Below are positions 18,110-26,246 of a stretch of DNA of 54,052 nt, in pieces. A program made the translations under genes and the position numbers. The notes under the pieces were generated by a model. It did no database searches and was not told the origin of the DNA. It was given only the letters and a program-made list of their open reading frames with translations. Source of the stretch: Gammaproteobacteria bacterium. GTDB lineage: Bacteria > Pseudomonadota > Gammaproteobacteria > GCA-001735895. Where the stretch lies: contig JBNKUM010000051.1 in NCBI GenBank assembly GCA_050298595.1, forward strand, positions 1-54,052. Direction: 5' to 3'. Position 1 is the first letter of the stretch. Each line of letters starts with the position of its first letter.

Positions 18110-19459
18110 TCATAGCATGCATTCCTGTAACAGCCGAGCGATATGCATAGAGGGTCTTTGAGTGCCTTCCTGTATTTGATGGCGACAGGAAAAACCATTG
18201 GCAATCAGTGTGGCTTGCGGGTTGTCTCGTATGCTTGGGAATAATGCCTGCTCTCCCATTTTCATGGAGAGTTCGCCATGCTCCTTTTCTAGCCCAAAGC
18301 TGCCAGCCATACCGCAACAGGAGGCTTCGATAAATTCAAAGTTTAACTGTGGTATCAGTTTTAATACCTTACGCATGGATTTCATTGCGCCAACAGCTTT
18401 CTGGTGGCAGTGTCCGTGAATCAGAACAGGAGTCTGGTTTTCATGCATGGCTTTGAATTCAACATTGAAGCGTTTGGTGGTAACTTCTCTGGCGATGAAT
18501 TCTTCCAGCAACAATGCCTGCTGCGACACCTTTTCTGCTGTCTCTCCAAATCCGAGAAATCGATAATCATCACGAATTGCCAGCAGGCAGGCTGGTTCCA
18601 GCCCAATGACTTTGCGCCCTGCTTCAACATGCGGGAGTAACATAGATAACATTCTTGCCGCTTCCTGGCGCGCTGATTCAACCTGACCATTGGCAATATA
18701 GGTTCTGCCGCAACATAAGGGACGGGTATCATTAAGCGCATCAGCATCGCCGCTTTCTGTGGTATAGACCTTGTAACCCGCTCGATTGAGTAACGCGATT
18801 GCAGCCTCAGCATTTTCAGGGGCAAAGTTATAAGTGAAGGTGTCGATGAGCAGGACAACCTCTGAGTGAAAAGCCTTCTCAGGCTCTAAATTCGGGTTGT
18901 TTTTCGCCATGAATTTATTGTTGACGGGAACTGGTAGCTGTCTATCGGCATTCAGTCCGGTCAACCATTCCACTATTTTTGCCAAAGGTTTAATGCGATT
19001 GCGTAGCGCGGTGAATTTAAAAAGATAAGGATACCGGCTAAGCAGTTTTGGGAGATTACTCAACAATCGAGTACGCATAGGCACTTGATGCTGCTTATAG
19101 TGTTGAGCAAGGTACTCAACCTTTATCATTGCGATATCGATGTTGTTTTCGCATTCGCGTTTACAGGCCTTGCATCCCAGGCATAGCTGCATGGCTACAA
19201 GTAGTTCGGGGTTGTGTAAGCTATCCTGTTCGTTCAGGGCTGATTTTAAAAGTTTGACGCGACCGCGTGGCGACAGGAATGGATTGCCGGTAACCCGATA
19301 GCTGGGGCACATCACATTCCTGTTTTCCAGCTCGCATTGACCACTATTAATACAGACAGCAACAGCTCGCGCAAAGTCGTCGCCCTGTTTTGGAATGTCG
19401 GCATAGGCATCCCCCATGCCGGCATCTTTATAGCTGGACCAGTCCAGAATGGTTTTCAT
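18110..19459 (-). CDS. Fe-S oxidoreductase (4Fe-4S dicluster plus CCG domains)
   Basis: CINSGQC..MCPSY, CLGCKACKREC, LCCGR, HGHCHQKA, CCGMAGSFG; start moved from 19516. Confidence 0.88.
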   Translation of the reverse strand: MKTILDWSSYKDAGMGDAYADIPKQGDDFARAVAVCINSGQCELENRNVMCPSYRVTGNPFLSPRGRVKLLKSALNEQDSLHNPELLVAMQLCLGCKACKRECENNIDIAMIKVEYLAQHYKQHQVPMRTRLLSNLPKLLSRYPYLFKFTALRNRIKPLAKIVEWLTGLNADRQLPVPVNNKFMAKNNPNLEPEKAFHSEVVLLIDTFTYNFAPENAEAAIALLNRAGYKVYTTESGDADALNDTRPLCCGRTYIANGQVESARQEAARMLSMLLPHVEAGRKVIGLEPACLLAIRDDYRFLGFGETAEKVSQQALLLEEFIAREVTTKRFNVEFKAMHENQTPVLIHGHCHQKAVGAMKSMRKVLKLIPQLNFEFIEASCCGMAGSFGLEKEHGELSMKMGEQALFPSIRDNPQATLIANGFSCRHQIQEGTQRPSMHIARLLQECML

Positions 19460-19469
19460 GAGAATATTT

Positions 19470-20033
19470 CTAGATGGCACCCCAGCCTTCGCGAACGATA
19501 TCAACCGTTGCGGCAAGTGCTTCGTCGAGTGCTACAGACGGATATTTTGGCTTATAGCTTTTTAATTCATTATAAATTGTGGCTACTTTATCGCCAGCAG
19601 ACTGGCCTTTGAAATCGCTTTTTTCTAATCCCAGTTCATCCAGCATTTCATTCCAGGGTACGCCCTGAACCAGGGGAATTAAGGTGATATGCGCGCCATA
19701 AACTTCAAGTTGCATCGCTGATTCGATATTGACTACGAACAGTACAATCTTAATTCCAGAATCAAAATCATCCTTATATTTATCTAAAAATATGGGCAAT
19801 AGACCGACCCTGTCGACAGCACCAATCACCATCTTTAATTTATCCGAAGCCAGTAAGGCAACACCGCGCATGATCTCTACTGGTGGTTTACTATGGCCTA
19901 AGGCATCAGCGATTTTACCTTCAATCAGTACGAGCTCTCCACGGAAAGCATCAATACCCGCTTCACAGGTAGTTTCGAGAAAATTTGAATTAAACAGTAA
20001 TCCATTGGATTTATAATTTTTCAGCAATGACAT
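19470..20033 (-). CDS. Hypothetical protein, first gene of a sigma54/NifA-type operon
   Basis: Directly downstream of the -24/-12 element; 10 bp gap to the next gene. Confidence 0.8.
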   Translation of the reverse strand: MSLLKNYKSNGLLFNSNFLETTCEAGIDAFRGELVLIEGKIADALGHSKPPVEIMRGVALLASDKLKMVIGAVDRVGLLPIFLDKYKDDFDSGIKIVLFVVNIESAMQLEVYGAHITLIPLVQGVPWNEMLDELGLEKSDFKGQSAGDKVATIYNELKSYKPKYPSVALDEALAATVDIVREGWGAI

Positions 20034-20067
20034 AAATAATCTCACATAAAGTATTAAATAGCCTTTA

Positions 20068-20083
20068 TGCAGAATTCATACCA
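20068..20083 (-). promoter_or_regulatory. sigma54 promoter
   Basis: TGGTAT-GAATT-CTGCA on the minus strand (GG-N10-GC). Confidence 0.75.
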
Positions 20084-20155
20084 TTTGGCATATCTGGAGT
20101 AAGTGCAATGAAAACAGTTATTTATCGAGTTGATGGGTGTTTCTATGGTGGATTT

Positions 20156-20171
20156 TGTTACATTGATAACA
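20156..20171. promoter_or_regulatory. NifA-type upstream activator sequence
   Basis: TGT-TACATTGATA-ACA (TGT-N10-ACA), ~75-90 bp upstream of the -24 element. Confidence 0.75.
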
Positions 20172-20255
20172 AAATGTTGTAGCAAGGACGGAGTAAATAT
20201 GCGAGCGCTGGAAACGTCAGGATCAAATAATTGAAGCTATATTTTTTGAACGGGC

Positions 20256-20341
20256 AAAAAAAACCGGTTGCGATAATTCGTGGTGATAAACCCCTGAGGG
20301 TGTATCACCACGAACTCCGTACCGGGTTAAAGGAGGAATTC
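20256..20341 (-). ncRNA. Structured 3' UTR/terminator of the DUF1127 gene; candidate 3'UTR-derived sRNA
   Basis: GAAUUCCUCCUUUAACCCGG, long hairpin, U8 tail; paralogous to 21086-21175. Confidence 0.55.
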
Positions 20342-20749
20342 TTAAGCAGCTATTGGATGCTGGTTGTGTAGATTCTTGTTTCTAGGGTCTTCATCCAGTT
20401 TGGGGCGACCATTGCGTACTACAAATTCTATGTCGCCACGTGTTATTCCAAGATCAGCCAGCTCGCGATCGGAATATGATTTCAGTTCTTTAATGGCTTG
20501 CTGGATTTCCTGTTCTTTCTCATTTACCAGGCTATAGACTTTGACAATCTTCTTTTGCTTAGGAGCAGAAGCTGTCTCTACCTTAACTTCACGCCAGGGC
20601 CATGCTGAAACGCCTTGTAATAACAATTCACGTGAGATACCGACATCTTTAAGCAGACGGTCATCAAGGGCTAATAGACTGTTGCGCGCACGCGCTCGTC
20701 CGGCCATAATGAAAAAATCTGCTAAAAGTGCTTTAAATCGGGTGAACAT
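20342..20749 (-). CDS. Protein with two DUF1127 (YjiS-like) repeats
   Basis: LLALDDRLLKDVGISR and ELKSYSDRELADLGITRGDI. Confidence 0.88.
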   Translation of the reverse strand: MFTRFKALLADFFIMAGRARARNSLLALDDRLLKDVGISRELLLQGVSAWPWREVKVETASAPKQKKIVKVYSLVNEKEQEIQQAIKELKSYSDRELADLGITRGDIEFVVRNGRPKLDEDPRNKNLHNQHPIAA

Positions 20750-20830
20750 TTCTCGTCTCAAAAATTAATTAAATATCTATCTGGCCGGTAGGAAACTGTT
20801 CTTCCATACGTAGGCTTGTTTGTTGATGAG

Positions 20831-20897
20831 TAAGATAGTTGAAATGTTGCACTGCAACAATTGATTTATTTTTGACGGTGGGATGAAAAATTCTCAT
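20831..20897 (-). promoter_or_regulatory. Promoter of the DUF1127 gene: LysR-type box, TGTTGCA-C-TGCAACA palindrome, -10 TATCTT
   Basis: ATGA-N7-TCAT (20883-20897), palindrome 20845-20859; duplicated at 21279-21345. Confidence 0.7.
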
Positions 20898-21085
20898 GTA
20901 TGAAAGTTGCAGAGATATCAGCAGTCTTTTTGTTAGGGTGTAGCGCGCAATTTTCTGGATGATGGGTTGAATCAGCAGGCTTACTATGAGCTAAAAGATT
21001 TTTTAATTACCTTTTATTTGCCAGTTGGAACCGGCATTAAAAATTGTGGGTTTGAAAAATGATGGGGCGATAATTTCTTTCAGGC

Positions 21086-21273
21086 AAAAAAAACCCGATT
21101 ACGATAATTCATGGTGATAAACCCCCTGGGATGTATCACCACGAACTCCGGAACCGGGTTAAGGGAGGAATTCTTGGGCACCTATTAGGTTATGCTGGAT
21201 CAGGCCCATCTCTTAGGTATTTGATTTCTAGATTACCTTAGAACTGCATATCAACTAATTGCCCTTGCTGATG
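21086..21273 (-). ncRNA. Candidate stand-alone sRNA (~190 nt), sibling of the DUF1127 3' UTR
   Basis: Duplicated promoter and duplicated structured 3' end with only ~100 nt between them and no substantial ORF. Confidence 0.6.
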
Positions 21274-21278
21274 TTGTA

Positions 21279-21345
21279 TAAGATAGTTGAAATGTTGCGC
21301 TGCAACAATTGATTTATTTTTGATGAAGAGATGAAAAAAATTCAT
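21279..21345 (-). promoter_or_regulatory. Second copy of the DUF1127-type promoter
   Basis: ATGA-N7-TCAT (21331-21345), TGTTGCGCTGCAACA (21293-21307), -10 TATCTT at identical spacing. Confidence 0.7.
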
Positions 21346-21427
21346 CTGAAAATAGTGTGATGTGGCTTTATTTAATTACATTATTGGTTTGCAGGATTAT
21401 TGCCGACATGTCCTTAGTGGACCCGGA

Positions 21428-21778
21428 TTAACATAGGTTAGGTTTGAGCTGAGGGGATGACTCAAATTCTGGATTTGTTTCCTGTAAATTCTGCCACGCC
21501 AGCCAACCGCCTTCGAGATTGTAGACTTCCTTAAACCCCATTCCACTGAGCAAGTGGCATATATCTCTGCTGCTATTGCCGTGATCACAGTAAACGACAA
21601 CAGGTGAATTTCTTTTTTTCTGAATAATCAGTTTTTTGATTTCGTTGTCTTCAATCATGCGTGCACCTGGGATATGACCCTGATTAAAGCAGGCACAGTC
21701 TCTGGTATCAAAAATAGTCAGATCATTGTTTATCTGAAGTCCTGCAAGATGTTGTGGAAATAGCTCAAGATAAGTCAT
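21428..21778 (-). CDS. Single-domain rhodanese (GlpE-like sulfurtransferase)
   Basis: GHIPGA, VYCDHGNSS active-site loop, NLEGGWLAW. Confidence 0.9.
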   Translation of the reverse strand: MTYLELFPQHLAGLQINNDLTIFDTRDCACFNQGHIPGARMIEDNEIKKLIIQKKRNSPVVVYCDHGNSSRDICHLLSGMGFKEVYNLEGGWLAWQNLQETNPEFESSPQLKPNLC

Positions 21779-21918
21779 GACTGGTTTGCTCTATTGATTT
21801 AGTTCCATTGATAGTCTGTTTGTTATGCTGCGGTGGGATTATTTTGATTTCTCTTTCAGATATTTCTCCATCTGCACAAATTTTTAAATTTTCGATCACG
21901 CACTTCTAATGGGCTGAA

Positions 21919-22416
21919 CTAACCGACTGCTCTTTTCCAGTACTGATCGATGCCCATATTGTTTTTGATGAAGGCTTCAATACCGTGTTCCTGAATAAAA
22001 TTGAGTTCTGCCGTTAACCAGTTATTGTACCCTTCTGACTGGCGGGTAAACTGATTCAGCAGATCGATGGTTTCCTGGTGTAATTCTGCATTGCAATTGT
22101 TTAATGTATTGAGATAGGTTTGCTGGCACTCGTTTGATATTCTCATGTCCAGTTCCAGGCAAAGCTGGATGGTAGTGCCGGTGAGCATATTCTCTGCTAT
22201 ATCTATATTGGCTGAACCATCAAGCTGTTGAATATGTAAAATCAAATGGTCTAGCTGTAACATCATCTCCTTTGATTTTTCACTGGTTAATTTGGCTAGT
22301 TCACTAAGTCCCCAATTTTTATACAGGCGACCATGTAGATAAAAATGATCAATGGCTGTTAGTGTCAGACTTAAAACCTGATTCAAATTCGATATAAGTT
22401 GTTTACTGTGCAGCAT
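21919..22416 (-). CDS. Bacterioferritin-like protein with degenerate ferroxidase centre
   Basis: LTAIDHFYLHGRLYKNWGL and WL..EL..I...GIEAF follow the Bfr pattern; diiron ligands substituted. Confidence 0.8.
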   Translation of the reverse strand: MLHSKQLISNLNQVLSLTLTAIDHFYLHGRLYKNWGLSELAKLTSEKSKEMMLQLDHLILHIQQLDGSANIDIAENMLTGTTIQLCLELDMRISNECQQTYLNTLNNCNAELHQETIDLLNQFTRQSEGYNNWLTAELNFIQEHGIEAFIKNNMGIDQYWKRAVG

Positions 22417-22438
22417 GCTTTATCTCCAGGAATTAAGA

Positions 22439-22870
22439 CTATAGATTCATGCGAATTCCAACCTGCCCAGCAGGCACGTCAGTTGATTTGATGTGTGCCG
22501 CCAGTGCGCTATCCATGGTGGCTGCGTGCAGGTTAAACCAGTTGGGCAGCATCTCTCTAACATAGGATTTTGCTATTGTGATTGAGCCTTTCTGTACCAT
22601 CTGTGCAAAGCGGGATAATTCTCCTAATATCCGTAAGTGTTCGGCCTTGTGTTCACTCGTGGCAGAGAAGCCGGTTTCCTGCATAAGCTGATTTTCTGAA
22701 TCGAAATGAAGTTTAGTATGCTCGACTAGCTCAGCAAATAAATTCTGGAATAAGGCCTTGTCAGCAAGATTTAATCGATTCACCAGAGATATGAATTCCT
22801 GGTGAGTCGTGTCCATTTGTTCAACGTCAAGTTGATATCGGTTGTCGTCAGGTTGAATTAAATTATCCAT
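22439..22870 (-). CDS. Single-domain bacteriohemerythrin
   Basis: MDTTH, HFDSE, HKAEH and HAATMD ligand set intact. Confidence 0.92.
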   Translation of the reverse strand: MDNLIQPDDNRYQLDVEQMDTTHQEFISLVNRLNLADKALFQNLFAELVEHTKLHFDSENQLMQETGFSATSEHKAEHLRILGELSRFAQMVQKGSITIAKSYVREMLPNWFNLHAATMDSALAAHIKSTDVPAGQVGIRMNL

Positions 22871-23102
22871 TCTTTATACCACTAGCTGCGCGTCTATGCT
22901 GGATTGTTTTGCTCACTTTTTTAGCAATATAAGCAGAATAATCTTCTATGTTTTCATAGTTGTATTCATTGGCCAGACTCGCGAGTTGATCAATCAAATC
23001 ACGTAGCCAGAGTATTTCATCCAGCTGGCGGCCACAGGTCAGGCATTTTGCCCCATCATCGCGGCAGTAATCTTTTCCCTGACAGGGGGTAAATGTTTTC
23101 AT
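22863..23102 (-). CDS. Small Cys-rich protein, probable Fe-S or Zn binder
   Basis: PCQGKDYCRDDGAKCLTCGR; overlaps the hemerythrin start. Confidence 0.75.
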   Translation of the reverse strand: MKTFTPCQGKDYCRDDGAKCLTCGRQLDEILWLRDLIDQLASLANEYNYENIEDYSAYIAKKVSKTIQHRRAASGIKNG

Positions 23103-23105
23103 TGT

Positions 23106-23978
23106 CTAGACTGCTACTGCCTGTTTACTTTCAGTGAAATCTGCTGCAGCTAACAGTTCATCCACATCCGCTTCAATTATCTCAATATGCTGACGTTTAC
23201 AGAAACGAATTTCTTTTTCATTGGGTTCAGGGATTAAGGCCCAACCTTTGGGTTCGTCAGCACTGTAAATCATATCGGATAAAACCATGCGCTCTGTATC
23301 ACGCGTCATGCGTAAGCCAATAAACAGGTACTGTTTGTTTTTACGATATTCCTTAATGAAATCAGGGATAGCAAAACCTCCCATTAATTCGGTGATGTAA
23401 TCTACAAAGTCTGCATCCGATGCAATATAGGTGGCATCAGGTACGGGGCTGCCCAGGGCTTTGAAAAGAACTGGAAGACTGGTGTCGACCTCGCTTTGGT
23501 CGATTTCTTTTTCACTGTATTTTTTACCGTCGTAATGATGAATTTTGAAGCGATAATCGGTACCTGCAATGCGCGAGATACCACGGATCAAGGTATGGGG
23601 TGTGTTGCTATAGGTTTCCTGTAATTGACTGTCACGGTTGATATCGATGATATAGGCTGGTTTTATAGTGGCTAGCCAGTCGTGTAAAGGTGCTCGAGTC
23701 CATTCGGTATCACCGTAGGTAGTGGCGAGAAAACGATGCACGGCATTACGCCCACGCTTCAATTCAAGGTCCATGGCAGCACGGGGAAATTCATACATCA
23801 GGCGCGGTGCCATGGGTTTGCCACCATTCATTGCCAGAATCAGGCTATTGCTATCAGCAGGGATGGGTTCGCCGGATTTAATCTGTACACTGCCAGTGAG
23901 CGCGCCAGCACCCAGGTATGGAACGATTTTATTATTTTTAATTCCTTCGATTAGATCGTTTAATTTTGTATCGGCCAT
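23106..23978 (-). CDS. SIR2-like domain protein
   Basis: IVPYLGAG, IIDINRD, LFKALG, YIASDADFVDY, YLFIG. Confidence 0.8.
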   Translation of the reverse strand: MADTKLNDLIEGIKNNKIVPYLGAGALTGSVQIKSGEPIPADSNSLILAMNGGKPMAPRLMYEFPRAAMDLELKRGRNAVHRFLATTYGDTEWTRAPLHDWLATIKPAYIIDINRDSQLQETYSNTPHTLIRGISRIAGTDYRFKIHHYDGKKYSEKEIDQSEVDTSLPVLFKALGSPVPDATYIASDADFVDYITELMGGFAIPDFIKEYRKNKQYLFIGLRMTRDTERMVLSDMIYSADEPKGWALIPEPNEKEIRFCKRQHIEIIEADVDELLAAADFTESKQAVAV

Positions 23979-24013
23979 TTAAAGCTCCAAATATGATTAT
24001 TTTTGTTATTAGT

Positions 24014-24029
24014 AGCAAGAGGCAGGCCA
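24014..24029 (-). promoter_or_regulatory. sigma54 promoter
   Basis: TGGCCT-GCCTC-TTGCT on the minus strand. Confidence 0.82.
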
Positions 24030-24081
24030 ATCAATGGAATGGTTAGAAATCAAAGGCTTATGCAGTGTGTGAGTAAGGTTT

Positions 24082-24097
24082 TGTCGTGAACACTACA
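24082..24097. promoter_or_regulatory. NifA-type upstream activator sequence
   Basis: TGT-CGTGAACACT-ACA. Confidence 0.75.
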
Positions 24098-24270
24098 AAA
24101 AGCACGACATTCCATTATTCAATATCTGCAGGGTTAGGTGCTAAACCTTACAGAGCAATGAGTTTGCCAGGGAATCAATGATATGGCATGAATATTGATT
24201 AGCTTAATCTATAGAGCCTTATTTATAGCTCCATATTTAGATTTCAAACTTAACCGACGAGGAGAACTCA

Positions 24271-24525
24271 GTGCAGGAAACAGATTTTCATGAAGTAGCC
24301 GATGAATTTATCCACCTTGCCAATGAATTAAGCGAAGACTGGGCAATGCCTTTCTTGAGCGCAACCTTCATGTATGCAGCAGCACGTTACAATACTTTCT
24401 TCTTTTATGAAAGTGATGGCAAGGATGAAAATAAGGACGCAGTCATTGATTACTATTGCGGTCAGTATCGGAAAATGCTGGAAGAGTGCATGCTTGAGTT
24501 GAATGGTCAGACTGCCAGTTCCTAA
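24271..24525 (+). CDS. DUF3144-like small protein
   Basis: ADEFIHLAN..SATFMYAAARYN..YRKMLEE; GAGGAG RBS with GTG start. Confidence 0.8.
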   Translation: MQETDFHEVADEFIHLANELSEDWAMPFLSATFMYAAARYNTFFFYESDGKDENKDAVIDYYCGQYRKMLEECMLELNGQTASS

Positions 24526-24789
24526 GCAGGAGATAGAATATGGTAGCGCTACAACAGCCAGTTACTCCAGGCGATAATTAACATATTCAGGCATGGGCCA
24601 TGTAGCAAAAATTTGATGTCCAGCACCTCGATTGTATGACTGCTGTGATGTTAAATATTTTCGATCTCGAAATTTATAGCTTTATTAATCAGGTTTTTAA
24701 GGGGTCAGATCTGCTGCCACTACGGCATATACATGAATCCAGGTTTAATATGACAAAAAAACGAAGAAAAACAGGGGCGGTTTCTCACA

Positions 24790-25707
24790 TCATTTCTTAC
24801 GGTATTTGCGGATATCCGACCAACTGACACGAACCGGTGTGTTTAACCAGACTTTGAGAGCCTGCCAGAAGGATAGCTTTTCACTCACTGGCTCCTCAGC
24901 TGGAGTGATGGTTGCTGATTCACTCTTTGTCTCTGGTTGCGCAGAAGGAATTTCTTCAGCCTGATCTGTGGACTCGACCTCCGCTTTAAATTCATCATAA
25001 CTCATCGACTCGGAACTGAGATTAATGGACTCCACTATGACCGGGATCTCGGAGAGAGGGCCGCCTCGTTTGATGTGTTGATGAGCCTGCTCCAGTTCCA
25101 TATAGATTTTTGCCAGCATGTTGCGCATGATCTCATCTATAGATGGATCGGCGATCAGTGCGGTGATGTCCTGCTGCATGTGACAGATCTCTATACGGGC
25201 TCGATCACGATGTCGATTTTCCTGTAGCGCCAACTGCTGAAGACGAGACTCAATCGTATGACGTGGCACTTCAAGCTGCAGTTTGCGGGTGGCTACCCCA
25301 CGCTTGTAGAGCAGCACCCGCAGGCCTACCAGTAAATTAGTATCATGTACAAACTCGTTCACAAAACCAGCGAGATCAACATGCTTTTCAGGTAGTTGCA
25401 CCACTTCACTACTGCCGCTGACGATCCGTGTAAGTTGGAGAATAAGCCGGACATTGCTGCCGATACGTAACTCTAGAGCCTTCAGGTGTGCGCCAACGAT
25501 CTGATCGGGAAGCGACAGGTATTGTTCGTCCAGTAGATCATAATATCGCGATGCCTGTTGAGGCATTTCACTTTCGGCTGTGCCTGATATCAACACGCCT
25601 TCCAGGGTGCGATTGAGGCGCTCAATTAAAACCGCGAGTTTCAATACCTTTTCCAGGGCGGAGCGCCGTTCCTGAATCAGATAATAACCGTTTTGATCAT
25701 CCACCAT
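24790..25707 (-). CDS. Helical hypothetical protein
   Basis: 305-aa ORF with AGGA RBS; C-terminal WLNTP..VSW. Confidence 0.75.
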   Translation of the reverse strand: MVDDQNGYYLIQERRSALEKVLKLAVLIERLNRTLEGVLISGTAESEMPQQASRYYDLLDEQYLSLPDQIVGAHLKALELRIGSNVRLILQLTRIVSGSSEVVQLPEKHVDLAGFVNEFVHDTNLLVGLRVLLYKRGVATRKLQLEVPRHTIESRLQQLALQENRHRDRARIEICHMQQDITALIADPSIDEIMRNMLAKIYMELEQAHQHIKRGGPLSEIPVIVESINLSSESMSYDEFKAEVESTDQAEEIPSAQPETKSESATITPAEEPVSEKLSFWQALKVWLNTPVRVSWSDIRKYRKK

Positions 25708-25827
25708 GCTTAACCATCCTAAGAGGATTCACGTTGATTTCGTCACTTTATCGACGATTAGGCATCGATATGAAGTGGTTGGGCGAGTATTTGGCGTTAT
25801 ATTATAGTGGTTCGTATCTATAATCAT

Positions 25828-25893
25828 CCTGGATTCCGCAGTTGACCGCTCGCATTGCAGGGTAACTCACTGTTTCGTGGACCATTACAGTCT
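25828..25893. mobile_element. Left-end fragment of the CCTGGATTCCGCAGTTGA MITE family
   Basis: Aligns with 44385-44450. Confidence 0.7.
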
Positions 25894-26037
25894 GAGTTGT
25901 ACGTTTGAGGTGTCGACTATCTTGCTAACCCGTAACCCGGAATCGTAGATTGAAAAGGAGGAACGACGCCTACCAACATTGACCATTCTTAGAGTTTACC
26001 AGGGCGTTTATGTTGTTTATTTCGGATGGCGATTTGC

Positions 26038-26157
26038 TCGGCTCTGGCTTCCTGCTTCGCTCTACCTCCTGCATCCTTGCAGTCGTCGGCAACTGCGTCC
26101 TGCGTTACTCTACCACCTCTACATCCCTGTAGGCGTCGGCTCTGGCTACCTGCTTCA
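26038..26157. repeat. Tandem of 48- and 50-bp hairpin units plus a partial third
   Basis: Units start TCGG; contain CTGCA-TCCT-TGCAG and CTACA-TCCC-TGTAG hairpins. Confidence 0.7.
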
Positions 26158-26246
26158 CCCTAACACCTATCAGGAATGGCAGCAGCGGATTTTTTGTATC
26201 TCAATCAGTAAATTCTGCCCTGTCTGCCAATTCATTATCCAGATAT

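Noticed and set aside
23106-23978. Anti-phage SIR2 system (Thoeris, DSR or pAgo-associated)
   Set aside because: No TIR, pAgo, HerA or other defence partner nearby; the gene has a sigma54/NifA-type promoter
24184-24199. Divergent sigma54 promoter for the DUF3144-like gene (TGGCAT-GAATA-TTGAT)
   Set aside because: The -12 dinucleotide is GA, not GC; not supportable without data
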